DNA of 64,000 bases from Bryobacterales bacterium. Lineage in GTDB: Bacteria > Acidobacteriota > Terriglobia > Bryobacterales > UBA6623. Under the pieces are notes generated by a model, which did not search any database, was not told the DNA's origin, and worked only from the letters and a program-made list of their open reading frames with translations. Shown piece after piece: positions 19,907 through 30,388 of the stretch. Each line of letters opens with the position of its first letter. Within the stretch, counting starts at the first letter, position 1. A program made the translations under genes and the position numbers. The stretch covers positions 2,560,001 to 2,624,000 of the forward strand of contig OY729428.2 of the NCBI GenBank assembly GCA_963422375.2. Direction: 5' to 3'.

Positions 19907-20821
19907 ATGCCCCTGCTCGTCGTCGGGTCCGTCGCGTACGACGGCATTGAGACCCCTCACGGAAAGGTTGACCGCGCCCTTGGAGGGGCGGGCTCCTACA
20001 TTGCGCTCGCCGCAAGCCATTTCACGGTCGTCCGGCTGGTAGCCGTTGTCGGCGATGATTTCGCGCCGGAGGACGAAGCGGTGCTGCGCCGACGCAACGT
20101 CGATCTTCAAGGCCTGGAACGAGCGCCGGGGCTGACCTTCTACTGGAAGGGCGTCTACCTCGAACAGATGAACCAGCGGCGCACGCTCGCGACCCACCTG
20201 AACGTATTCGCCCGATTCAGGCCCCGTTTGCCCGCGATCTATCGCGACACCTCGCACGTTCTGCTGGGCAACATCCACCCGGACCTGCAGTCCGAGGTCA
20301 TCGACCAGACCACGGCTTCCGGGTTCGTCGCGGGCGACACGATGAACTACTGGATCGAGCGGACGCCGGACGAACTGGCGCGGGCGGTCCGCCGTTGGGA
20401 TTCGATCCTCATCAACGACGAGGAGGCCCGCCAGCTCACCGAGATCACCAACCTCACGGGCGCGGCAAGGGCGGTTCGCGCGATGGGCCCGAACACGGTC
20501 GTGATCAAGCGCGGAGAGCACGGGGCGACCCTGTTCAGGGACGGCGAGTGCTTCGTCGCTCCCGGGTACCCGCTCGAGCGGGTCGTGGACCCTACCGGCG
20601 CGGGCGACGCATTCGCCGGGGGCTTCATGGGGTACATGGCGCATCGAGGGTTCCGCGAAGCTGGACAAGCGGACAGCGCGGACCTGCGTCGGGCGATGAT
20701 CTATGGATCGGTGATGGGCAGCTTCTGCTGCGAGCACTTCGGCGTCGAGGGGCTGAAGGGACTGACCCGCGAACAGATCGACAGGCGCTTCGAGGAGTTC
20801 CGCACGATGACTGCCTTCTGA
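19907..20821 (+). CDS. PfkB-family carbohydrate/nucleoside kinase
   Basis: LLVVGSVAYD, LGGAG, INDEEA, DPTGAGDAFAGG PfkB signature. Confidence 0.92.
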   Translation: MPLLVVGSVAYDGIETPHGKVDRALGGAGSYIALAASHFTVVRLVAVVGDDFAPEDEAVLRRRNVDLQGLERAPGLTFYWKGVYLEQMNQRRTLATHLNVFARFRPRLPAIYRDTSHVLLGNIHPDLQSEVIDQTTASGFVAGDTMNYWIERTPDELARAVRRWDSILINDEEARQLTEITNLTGAARAVRAMGPNTVVIKRGEHGATLFRDGECFVAPGYPLERVVDPTGAGDAFAGGFMGYMAHRGFREAGQADSADLRRAMIYGSVMGSFCCEHFGVEGLKGLTREQIDRRFEEFRTMTAF

Positions 20822-21027
20822 ACCTCTGCGCTCGGAGCACGCGTTGCCGGCCTACCCGGTCAAGGCGCCCGTCCGCGGCCAGTCACCCGTCGCACGGGCT
20901 CTTCGCGCAACTTCTCCGCCAGCTGGTCCAGGTGCATCGCCCTGCGCTGGAAGAAGGCCTCTTCCGCATCGCGAATGCCATTGATTCTAATCGGCCTCGT
21001 GCTGTCCCGGCCCACCTCGTGCCTGAA

Positions 21028-21810
21028 TCAGGCCTGGTCGCAGACGGCGTTGATCAGCCACAGCGGACCCTTCGTCCTGCACCGCAGGCGCCCCGCGGCC
21101 TCCGGCGCGAACGCCTTCCCCGTCTCCGCCGTGTGCTGGCTAGGAGCTCCGCGAATTCCGCGCGGCTGAACGCCCGCGGTCGCAGCGACCGGGCCCTGAT
21201 GTTGAAGCCGCTTCCGCCGCCACGGCCTCGCCTTTCCGGCCCGAGCGGAGGTGCCAATCGCGCTCATCGCACAGGACAATGCTCTGCGGAAAGCTCCTCG
21301 GGCGCATTCTGAAGCAGGAGCGCACCGGACGCAGCACCGGGAACGGGGTGCCGCCCGCTAGGGAGTCGATTTCGTCGAGCAGCGGCACCCGGGGCCGCGA
21401 GTCGGACTGTGCCCACGGCGAGAGGACTTCCGCCAGAGCGAAGTCCGGCCCGGCCACATCCAGGGCCGCTGCCTGCTTGCTCTCCACGAAGGCGTCGCCT
21501 AGCCGGAGACGGGCGAACCGGCCCAACGCCTCGAGGACGCCTCGCATGCCTCACTCCATCTCGTCGGGCGTCGTCCGGCCGCCCTCAACTCAGACGTGGA
21601 CGCAGCGGTAGGAGCCGTCGTCTCGCAATTGAGCAGGTCCCGCCAGGCTAGCAGCACGGAGGTCTTGCCCGTCTGCCGCGGCCGGTGCAGGACGAAGTAA
21701 CGGCACCGGGCAATCATTTTCAAGATCGAGTCCCGGTCTACCCTCGCCTGCGGCGCAGTGTCTTGGTGCCGCTCCTCCCCGACGGAGCCGGTGACGTTGA
21801 CAGTGCGCAT
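21028..21810 (-). pseudogene. Decayed P-loop ATPase (AAA-like) gene
   Basis: YFVLHRPRQTGKTS (Walker A), LLDEIDSL (Walker B), FPQSIVLC and FNIRARSL are spread over several frames. Confidence 0.8.
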
Positions 21811-22189
21811 GCAAGAGCCGTATCGTCCACTCGAACCTGGGGACCGCTACGGTCGCCCCGTCCGCTTTCTCGACTGAACTGGCATGGCGGGCAGGGCCAC
21901 TGGCGCCGGTCCAAGTACCATGGCGCGGTTGGACGAAGCGATGGGAGCCGACCGTCCCCTCGGTACGCGCAATGTCGATTGGCACGCATGACATGGAGTG
22001 TGTGCCCACTGAGGCGCAGTGCTGCCGAGGGGGCTCGGGCAGCGCTCGCGAGACTTCGCGTCACTCGGCCAGCGCCCGCCCGAGACGCATGGCAGGCTCG
22101 ATCGCGCATTCGACCCGGTTCAGCACGAACTTGAAGTCACGCCACGGGCCGAGAGTCCGGCGTCGGCAGTTCGTGTCCTCAATGGGAAT

Positions 22190-23192
22190 CCTGATTACCC
22201 ACGAGACTCAGCCAAGGTTAGGAGGCGGTAAGGCCTGGGCGGGGTGCGCACGGAGGCGTGGAGCAGGCGGGGGGCCAGCGCCTCCGGATCGTAGCGGCGG
22301 TTGAAGCGGTAGCGGAACTCGGCGAGGTACCGCGGCAGGTGCTTGCCGTCGAGCGCATGGCAGGCTCCCGCCAGGGACTGCTTGACGTGCGCCAGCATCG
22401 TGCTGACCCGGACGTTGACCCGGACGAAGCGGGAATCCCCGCAGCTCCGCTGCCCGCCTCCGGTGACGGTCGGCACGTGCTCGCAGCCGGCGCCGGCCAC
22501 GCCCCGCAAGCAGGCCGGGCCGTCGGAATGCACCTCCGTGCCGGGCTGCAGGTGCCGCCCGGCCCACGCTGCCAGCGTCTTCTTGCGCAAGCCCGCCACG
22601 CTGCTCAGGCGCATCCTGTCCGGCTGGCCGGCGGCGCTGACCTGCACGGCGGCGACGAACGGCGTCTTGCCCGCCGCTCCGCTCCCCGCCCCGGTAGGCG
22701 TCGTCCACCTGCACGATGCCGCCCAGAGGCACGCGCTCGTCGCGCTCCTTCATCACTTGCAAGAGCTTGTGCTTCATCTTCCAAGCCGTGTTCCGGCTCA
22801 CGCCCGGCTGCCGCGCCAGTTCCAGCGACGAAACGCCGTGCTGGCCCTGCGTCAGCAGGTGGAGCGCCAGCAACCGGACGGTCAGCGGCAGCTGGGTGGC
22901 GGCGAAGATCGTGCCGGCGACCAGGGAGGTCCGGCGGTGGCAGGCGTGGCACTGCCAGAGCTTGCGGGAGCGGATGCGGCAGTGCCGCCGGGAGCCGCAC
23001 TCCGGGCAGCGGGCGTTGAAGACGGCCTGCTCGCATGGCCCCTCGCTGCCGTAGCGCTGCAGGAACTTGCCCGGGCTGAGTCCCTTCTGCATTGCACGCG
23101 ATTGCGTTTCATCTGCTAGCCCCTTTCCTGTCAGAGATTTCCGACGTCCTTCAGTATAGCATATCCTCGGCTGACGTTCGTTGGTAATCAGG
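22190..23192 (-). mobile_element. IS1595-family element, type B, copy 1 (transposase frameshifted)
   Basis: IR CCTGATTACC/GGTAATCAGG; CPEC..CHAC, VQVDDAY, SDG, HLPRYLAEFRYRFNRR in different frames; paralog at 62791-63844; no flanking DR. Confidence 0.9.
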
Positions 23193-24941
23193 ATCTTCGT
23201 TGAGGAACCGCCCGTGAGGACCGCTCAGGAGATCCAGCTCACCCTTGGCCGGACTGCAATCGAGGATATCGATCCCGACGTCCGTTCCCGCGACGATATC
23301 CCGGCCATCTTGCTAGGAATACAATCCATCTATCGCACCGAGGAGTTGCGGGACAGGGTTTTCGGACTGCTCGAGAGCCGTATCCTCGGCCTCGGCGAGA
23401 GTAGCGGGAACGGCGGGAACGGAAGCGATCCTTCCGCAGGCGAGTCCGGCAGGATCAACCCTGCCCTCGGTCGTCCCGGCATGCAGCTGTGGAACATTCT
23501 CGTCCCGGGCCTGCTCAAGCAGGGATTGAATTGCGACTGCGACCGCGTGACGGAGCTGGCGAACAAGCACGCGGACGTCCGGCGCTTCCTCGGTCTGAAC
23601 GCGACGCTCGACGAGCGGGTCTTCAGCTACCGGACAGTCAACCGGAATCCGAAGCTTCTCACGCCCGGCCTCCTCGCGGAAATCAATCAGCTGGCCGTGC
23701 GGGAAGGGCACGCGCTGGCGGAGTGCGAGGAAGGCGAGCCGCTGAAGGCGCGGCGCGACTCGTTCGCGGTGGAAACGAACGTGCATTGCCCGACGGACGT
23801 GAGTCTCCTATGGGACGCGTTGCGCTGCCTGATTCGCTCTATTGCGCCGCTGTGCAAGGGGCGCGGCATCGCCGGCTGGCGGCAGAGCGCGCGGCTGCCG
23901 AAGACGCTGAAGCAGGAATTCAACCGGGTGCGGCAGGCGAAGAGGAGGAAAGCCAACCCGGAGAGGGTGCGGTCGTACCTGGAGGCGGCCCTGGAGATAG
24001 CGCGGCGGGCGGAGGGTGCGCTGGCGGCCCTGGCGCGGGCCGGGGAAGACGAGGGAACCTTGGGAGCGGCAAGGAGTGACCTCGGGTGCGTGCAGCTCCT
24101 GGCGGACCCGGTGGAGCGGCGCGTGCTGCGGGGGGAGAAGATCCCGCACGAGGGGAAAGTGTTCTCGATCTTCGAGGAACACACGCGCTGGTGCGTGCAA
24201 GGAAAAGCGGGGGTGCCGGTGGAGCCGGGCGTGCCGGTATGCATCGTGGAAAGCGAGCACCGCTTCGTGATGAATCACGAAGTGACGTGGAAGGGCAGCG
24301 ACGCGGACGTGGCGGTGGGAATCGTCGAGGGGGCGCAGGGGCTGTACGCGGGGCTGTCGAGCTGCAGCTTCGACAAGGGCTTTCACAGCCCGGCGAACCG
24401 GACGCGCTTGGCGGATACTGCTGTCGTGCCACGCGATGCCGCGGAAGGGGAGGCGGTCGAAGGCGGCGAAGGAGACGGAAGGCGCGCCCGAATTCGCGGC
24501 AGCGAGGCAGGCGCACCCGGCCGTGGAGTCCGCGATCAACAATCTCGAGTGCCGCGGTCCGGACGGGGTGACGGACCGGGGAGCGGAGGGATTCGAGCGG
24601 ATGATCGGGCTGGCGGTCCTGGCGGCGAACGTGCATCGAGTGGGCCGGATCGTGCGCGACAGAGAGCGCGACAGAGAGAGGGAGCGTCTCAAGACGGGAC
24701 CCTTGCCGCTGGCTGCATAGGCAGTCGGCAGCGATCTGAATTGCCCTGAATTGAAATCTTGAAGAGACGAGGTTCAGGAACAGTGTACAACTAGAACAGA
24801 ACTAACTGTATCCTCACAATGAAAATGGAATATGAGGCAATGAGTTCGGGTAATTGGCGCAGCCTGTTTCTTCCATAGCTATCATTTGGTGGGGATCTAT
24901 TAGCTAGAATCCCCAAAATATCAGGGTTTTGTCACAAGCAC
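23193..24941 (+). mobile_element. ISNCY (ISDol1-like) element, left end apparently lost; transposase 23214-24720 frameshifted
   Basis: RSRDDIP, DSFAVETNVH.PTD..LLWDA, KVFSIFEEHT, SFDKGFHSP; frameshift near 24420 to HPAVESAINNLE; right IR GGTTTTGTCACAAGCAC ends at 24941. Confidence 0.8.
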
Positions 24942-24951
24942 TAACTAAGCA

Positions 24952-25206
24952 GTGCTGGTGACAAAACCCCTGAATTCTGGCCTGATCAGCATTTCATACT
25001 ACATCCTGATGTCGGATGGATCTCCAAACACAACGTATAGGCCCCAAGGCCGGAAGTTGCTCAGCCGCCAATCGCGAAGATTTCCGCGCTCTACCCAGAA
25101 TTGGCAGGATTTCGGACCAGTCGTAGCATTCCAGTGAAATCTTCGCCTTGAGATATTGGATCTAACACCTTTTTTGTCAAGGGGATATGAGTTTTCTCAC
25201 AGGCAC
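24952..25206. mobile_element. 255-bp MITE, copy 1
   Basis: Ends GTGCTGGTGACAAAAC / GTTTTCTCACAGGCAC; flanks TAAGCA and TAAGTA; near-identical to 41245-41499. Confidence 0.88.
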
Positions 25207-25279
25207 TAAGTAAACCATATCCTAGCAGGTTGCGAGCGCACCTTGAGAAAACGCCGCGCACCCAGCTCCCACACTGCCT

Positions 25280-26650
25280 TCAGAACTTGATCGCCATCGC
25301 CAGGAACGAGAACGTGTTCCCGGCCCCTGGCGTGTTGGCCTTCAGGAACGGTCCCGGAAACATGTACCCGATGCCGCCGCTGAGCCCGATCGCGCCGGTC
25401 AAAGGCGTCGAGAACGTCAGGTTGATCTCGTCACCGACCTTCTTGTCCGCCACCCCGTCTGCAGGCGGCGACACGGTCAAGCGACCCCCGACGTTGTACA
25501 GCGCGTCGCGTGCGCTCACGAGCCAGAACGAATGGAAGTCGACTTGCAGCCGCAACTTCTCGTGCGGCTTGAACGCGCTTCCCAGGCGAAGGTTCTTGAT
25601 GTTGCGCCAGCCCACCAGATCGTTGTAGCCGTACCAGCGGTGCGCCGTGGGGTAGACGTCCACGAAGCCGCCGACCTCGCCATCGTTCGGATCGTCGTCG
25701 CCCGAGCCGAAGTTGTACTCCGCGTACAAGCGCGGCTGCCAGTCCGAGTCGAACTCGTAGCCGAGTTCGGTGTAGTAGGCCCAAGCGCGGATCGCCGCGC
25801 CGGCCAGGTTCCCGCGCTGCGCGACCAAGGCGACGTTGTAGTCCCACGGCCCGAGCCCGTCGCCCCAGATCCTCGTCCCGGTGGTGTAGCGATCCATGTC
25901 GCCGCGCATCTGCAGCTCATTGGCTACCGAAGGCGTTGTCTGCCACAGCACATAGGGCTCGATGGTCGAGCGCGGGATGACATTCCCAATCGCGGCATAG
26001 ATCCCGTGCAGGTTGTTACCTGCAGCGGACTGGTTGACGCGCCGTTCCGGATCCATCTGAACGACCGAGGCCGAAAACACATCGACCCGGACATTCTTCG
26101 CCCGCAACTCCAGCCTCACGGCATCGAACACTCGCGAGACATTGGACCAATCGAGAGCACCGACCAAGCGCTCGTCGCCGTACTTCAGCAGCTGCCGCCC
26201 GACCGTGACAGCCGCCCGGGACTTGGCGGAACCCATCCGGACATAGGCCTGGCGCACGTCGAAACGATCCTCGAACGCACCCAGTCGCGGGCCCTCGCGA
26301 AGGCCCGGCGCGAGCGAATCCTGGCCTTGAAAGTTGAACTCGAACCACGAAGCGGGCGTGATTCCGATATCCACGCGGGTGCGAACCAACGTGTAACCGT
26401 CGTCGCTACCCTCTTGGTAGCCCAAGCTCTGGCGACCCTCAAAGCGCGTGCGGAACTCGCCTCCCAGCGACAGCCAGCTCGGCATCTTGGTTGAATCGGC
26501 GGTCGGTGGCGATCCGCTCCTTGGCGGATCGGCAGCGCTCGGATCCTGGCCCTGCGCCTGAAGCGCCGCGACAGCGAGGACGGCGGCCATCGCTAGCGAT
26601 CCTGAGCGGCGAACCGCACCTGCTACGACTCTCTTTGTGGGCATAGTCAT
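25280..26650 (-). CDS. Alginate-export-family outer-membrane beta-barrel (putative nitrate/nitrite porin)
   Basis: Signal peptide, GGEFRTRFE, VGRQLLKYGDERLVGALDWSN..FDA, GSGDDDP, C-terminal Phe; last gene of the nitrate operon. Start uncertain. Confidence 0.82.
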   Translation of the reverse strand: MTMPTKRVVAGAVRRSGSLAMAAVLAVAALQAQGQDPSAADPPRSGSPPTADSTKMPSWLSLGGEFRTRFEGRQSLGYQEGSDDGYTLVRTRVDIGITPASWFEFNFQGQDSLAPGLREGPRLGAFEDRFDVRQAYVRMGSAKSRAAVTVGRQLLKYGDERLVGALDWSNVSRVFDAVRLELRAKNVRVDVFSASVVQMDPERRVNQSAAGNNLHGIYAAIGNVIPRSTIEPYVLWQTTPSVANELQMRGDMDRYTTGTRIWGDGLGPWDYNVALVAQRGNLAGAAIRAWAYYTELGYEFDSDWQPRLYAEYNFGSGDDDPNDGEVGGFVDVYPTAHRWYGYNDLVGWRNIKNLRLGSAFKPHEKLRLQVDFHSFWLVSARDALYNVGGRLTVSPPADGVADKKVGDEINLTFSTPLTGAIGLSGGIGYMFPGPFLKANTPGAGNTFSFLAMAIKF

Positions 26651-26678
26651 GATGGCCGGATTGCTCGGCGGATCCCCG

Positions 26679-28016
26679 TCACGCGGGTTCCGGCTGGGTC
26701 CGTGCTCGTGCCAGGCGGGCCTTGGTTTCGCGCGCAACGGCCGACTCGTCCGCCTCCGAGAATCGGACGGAGAATGCCAAGAAGGACACGACCGTGACGG
26801 CCGCTCCGAGAATGAGCAGCGCCTCCGTCCAGGCTAGGCTGTCGGCCCTGAACAGGAAGCCCGCGGCCACGGCTCCGGCGTTGCCCCCGGCACCGACGAC
26901 GCCCGCTACGGCCCCCAGCGCCCTCTTGTTGATGAACGGCACGACCGAGTACGTGGCTCCCTCCGACATCTGCACGCACAGGCTAAACAGGATCAGCGTC
27001 GCGATCGCCACCGGCAGGACAGTCTGCTGGGAGAACAGCATCAGAGCCAGCCCCTCGACGAAAAGAATCGTCGCAAGGAACCAGACGCGACCGCGCAGGC
27101 CCCAGCGCAGGCCCCACCGATCACCCACCGCTCCCCCGAGAGTCCGAGCGAATACGTTCATCAGCCCGAACAGGCCTGCCACGATGCCCGCGGTCGTGAG
27201 ACCGAGGCCGAAGTAGTCGTGGAAGTACAGGGCGGCGATATTGTTGATCGTCAGCTCGACGCCGAAGCAGGCACCGTAGACTACGAACAGGGCCCACACC
27301 CGCCGATCCGCCAGCGCCTTGAGAAAGGTGCCTTCCACCGTCCTCGAACTCGCGAGGGCCCCTTCGCGCCTCAGTCCTTCGTAGCTGCCGTCGGGGGAAT
27401 CCTCCGTGTACCGCCAGTACAGGACCGACATCGCCAGCAGGGCGAGTCCCGGCGCGACCATCGCCAGGCGCCATCCGACGGCCTCGTCGGCAACGAACGC
27501 CAGCGCCCCGGCGAAGACCAGCGGCATCGCCATCTGCGTTACGCCGCCGCCTAGGTTGCCCCAGCCGGCGGTGGTCGCGTTCGCCGTCCCTACGGTATTG
27601 GGCGCGAACATCACCGACGTGTGGTACTGCGTGATCACGAAGGAGGCGCCGATCGCGCCGATCGCCAGCCGGAAGAGCAGGAACGTCTCGTAGCTGTTCG
27701 CTAGGCCTACCGTGATCACCGGGATCGAGCCGAGCGCCAGCAGCCACGTGTAGGCCTTGCGCGGGCCGATCTTGTCGCACAGCCAGCCGACCGCCAGCCG
27801 GGCCAGCACCGTGATCGCGACCGAGGCGATGATGGTGTTCCCGACCTGCTCCTTCGTCAGGCCGAGGTCCTCGCGGACCACGGCCATGAGCGGGGCGATG
27901 CCGAACCAGCCGAAGAAGCATAGAAAGAACGCGACCCATGTCATGTGGAACGCCCGCATCGGAATCGTGCTGAAGCTGAAAAGGCGGATCTCGGTCGCTT
28001 TGCCGTTGAAGTCCAT
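26679..28016 (-). CDS. narK: NarK/NRT2-family nitrate/nitrite MFS transporter
   Basis: MRAFHMTW, nitrate signature ANATTAGWGNLGGG, FARTLGG, GVVGAGGNAG. Confidence 0.93.
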   Translation of the reverse strand: MDFNGKATEIRLFSFSTIPMRAFHMTWVAFFLCFFGWFGIAPLMAVVREDLGLTKEQVGNTIIASVAITVLARLAVGWLCDKIGPRKAYTWLLALGSIPVITVGLANSYETFLLFRLAIGAIGASFVITQYHTSVMFAPNTVGTANATTAGWGNLGGGVTQMAMPLVFAGALAFVADEAVGWRLAMVAPGLALLAMSVLYWRYTEDSPDGSYEGLRREGALASSRTVEGTFLKALADRRVWALFVVYGACFGVELTINNIAALYFHDYFGLGLTTAGIVAGLFGLMNVFARTLGGAVGDRWGLRWGLRGRVWFLATILFVEGLALMLFSQQTVLPVAIATLILFSLCVQMSEGATYSVVPFINKRALGAVAGVVGAGGNAGAVAAGFLFRADSLAWTEALLILGAAVTVVSFLAFSVRFSEADESAVARETKARLARARTQPEPA

Positions 28017-28156
28017 GTCGTCCTCCTGATTGCCGGACGCACCGCTCCGGCGCCGCGCGCGGCTCGGGCCGCGTCCGGCAGTCTTCCCTTTGCCTTCATG
28101 AAGGCCGGACGTCAGGGTCCGGCTCGCGCCCCGGGCGGACTAGGCGGGGCTGCTTG

Positions 28157-30388
28157 CTAGCGAGCGGCGCTGCGAGGGCCGCTCCTCTCGACGCGGACCG
28201 CTGCCTGCTTGTAGTTCGGCTCCCGCGAGATCGGGTCGAACGCGCTCTGGGTCAGCCGGTTCGAGTTCTTCTCCTCGTAGTGGAAGGGCATGAAGACCTG
28301 CCCGGGGGCCACGATCTCCGTAATCCGCAGTTCGACGTTGTCGATGCGGCCGCGCGGCGACGCGACCGTGACGAGGTCGTGCGGTCGCAGGCCCAGCTGC
28401 CTGGCGTCGCGCGGGTTCATCTCCAGCCACGCCGACGGCGCCATGCGCTCGAGGATCTTGACTTCCTTGGTCTTGGTGCGGGTGTGCCAGTGCTCCACCG
28501 TGCGCCCGGTGTTGAAGACGAACGGATACGCCTCGGTCGGCTGCTCCGGGTACGGCTCCCACTCGACCGCGAACAGCTTGGCGCGCCGGTCCGGCGACTC
28601 GTACCTCCCGTCCCCGTAGAGCCGCCTGGTCGCCGGACGGCCTCCGCCGGCCTCCGCTGCGTCGGCTGCGTCGGCTGCGTCGGCATGCGCGAAAGGCCAC
28701 TGGATCCCGTGATAGCGGTCCAGCAGCGCGTAGCTGAGGCCGGAATAGTCGCACAGGCGGCCCTTGGAGACCTTCCGCCATTCGTCGAAGGCGTCCTCGA
28801 CACCGGCCCAGCCCGGATAGAGCCTGTCGCGCACGCCGAGTCGCTCGGCGACTGCCATGCAGATGTCGAAGTCAGCGCGCGCCTCACCGGGCGGGTCGAC
28901 GGCCTTGTTCACCTTGCTGACGCGCCGCTCCGAATTCGTGTAGGTGCCGGTCTTCTCCCCCCAGATGGCCGCCGGCAGAACCAAGTCGGCGATTTCCGTC
29001 GTCGGCGTCGGATGGAAGCCGTCCTGCACCGCGAGGAATTCGAGGTTACGGAGGCCTTGGCGCAGCACGCCGATGTTCGGGAACGAGACGAGCGGATTCG
29101 TGGCGATGACCCAGAGAGCCTTGACCCGGCCCTTCACGCAGTCCTCGACGATGTCCGGGTAGGCGTGGCCGCGCGACCGAGGCAGTTCGCCGGGGTCGAC
29201 GTTCCAGAGCCGCGCCAGCTCGGCCCGGTCCGCCTCGCTCGCGAAATCCCGGTAGCCCGGCATCGACGCGGTGAACCCCGTCTCCCGCGTGCCCATCGCG
29301 TTGCACTGGCCGGTAATCGAGAAGGGCGATGCCCCGGGCTTGCCCACGTTGCCTGTCAGCAAGGCCAGATTGTTGATTGCGTTGACCGTCTCGGTCCCCT
29401 TCGTCGAGTGGTTGACGCCCATCGTCCATGCCAGCAGCGGCGCCTTGGCGCGTCCGTAGAGCAGCGCGGCGCGGTAGACCTGCTCTTCCCCGAGCCCGGT
29501 CGCGGCCGCGACGCGTTCCGGGGTGTATCGCCGGAGATGCCGCTCGAGCTCCTCGTATCCGGAGGTATGGGCGTCGATGTAGTCCCGGGCGATCAGGCCC
29601 GCCCGGATCAGGACGTGCGCCATCCCGTTGAGCAGGGCGATGTCCGAGCGCGGCCTGAGGGGCAAGTACAGGTCGGCCATGCGGGCGGTCTTGCTGACGC
29701 GCGGGTCGGCCACGACCACCGTCTTGTCCCGGTTCTGTTCCAAGCGGTAGCAGAGGATCGGGTGGTTGTCGGCGATGTTCGCCCCGATCAGGAACACCGC
29801 GTCCGCCTGCTCGAAGTCGTCGTAAGCCCCGGGCGGGCCGTCGCTGCCGAACGAGCGCTTGTACCCGGACACGGCGCTGGCCATGCAGAGGGTGGTGTTG
29901 CCGTCGTAGTTGGTCGTGCCGAACCCGAGCTGCACGAGCTTGCCCAGCGCGTAGAACTCCTCGGTTACGAGCTGGCCCGTGCTGATCACGCCCAGCGCCT
30001 GCGGGCCGTGCTCCGACTGCACCCGGCGGAACTCGCGGACTAGTGCGTCCAAGGCGTCGTCCCATCCGACCCGCTCCAGACGCCCCTTGCGGTTCCTCAG
30101 CAGCGGGTGCCGGGCGCGACTGGCGGCATGGAGGGTTTCGTGCTCCGCCAGGCCCTTGGGGCAGAGCTTGCCCAGATTCACCGGGTGGGCCTCGTTGCCG
30201 CGCACCGCGACGGCTCTGCCGTCGCGGACGCCGATCAGCATGCCGCAGCCGACCGAGCAGTAGCCACAGGTGGTGGGCACCCAGCGTTCGGGGATCTTCG
30301 CCGCGGAAACGAAGCCGTGCCGGGGGTCGCGGCCGTAGGCGTACTCTTCACTGCGGGTGTCGAAGCCGAGGATTCGCTTGAGATTCAT
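28157..30388 (-). CDS. Mo-bisPGD oxidoreductase, Nas/NarB-type nitrate reductase catalytic subunit
   Basis: TTCGYCSVGCG..LCPKG 4Fe-4S, STGQLVTEEFY, DGNTTLCMASAV, MGVNHS, TGQCNAMG, EPNYKQ; no Tat signal; ATG 30388 overlaps the upstream stop. Confidence 0.9.
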   Translation of the reverse strand: MNLKRILGFDTRSEEYAYGRDPRHGFVSAAKIPERWVPTTCGYCSVGCGMLIGVRDGRAVAVRGNEAHPVNLGKLCPKGLAEHETLHAASRARHPLLRNRKGRLERVGWDDALDALVREFRRVQSEHGPQALGVISTGQLVTEEFYALGKLVQLGFGTTNYDGNTTLCMASAVSGYKRSFGSDGPPGAYDDFEQADAVFLIGANIADNHPILCYRLEQNRDKTVVVADPRVSKTARMADLYLPLRPRSDIALLNGMAHVLIRAGLIARDYIDAHTSGYEELERHLRRYTPERVAAATGLGEEQVYRAALLYGRAKAPLLAWTMGVNHSTKGTETVNAINNLALLTGNVGKPGASPFSITGQCNAMGTRETGFTASMPGYRDFASEADRAELARLWNVDPGELPRSRGHAYPDIVEDCVKGRVKALWVIATNPLVSFPNIGVLRQGLRNLEFLAVQDGFHPTPTTEIADLVLPAAIWGEKTGTYTNSERRVSKVNKAVDPPGEARADFDICMAVAERLGVRDRLYPGWAGVEDAFDEWRKVSKGRLCDYSGLSYALLDRYHGIQWPFAHADAADAADAAEAGGGRPATRRLYGDGRYESPDRRAKLFAVEWEPYPEQPTEAYPFVFNTGRTVEHWHTRTKTKEVKILERMAPSAWLEMNPRDARQLGLRPHDLVTVASPRGRIDNVELRITEIVAPGQVFMPFHYEEKNSNRLTQSAFDPISREPNYKQAAVRVERSGPRSAAR

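Noticed and set aside
24952..25137. Duplicated 61-aa ORF (also 41245-41430)
   Set aside because: Starts at the first base of the MITE terminal repeat; the duplication reflects the MITE, not protein conservation.
28656..28682. Three copies of a 9-bp repeat in the nitrate reductase
   Set aside because: In-frame ADA loop expansion in a likely linker; cannot cause phase variation.
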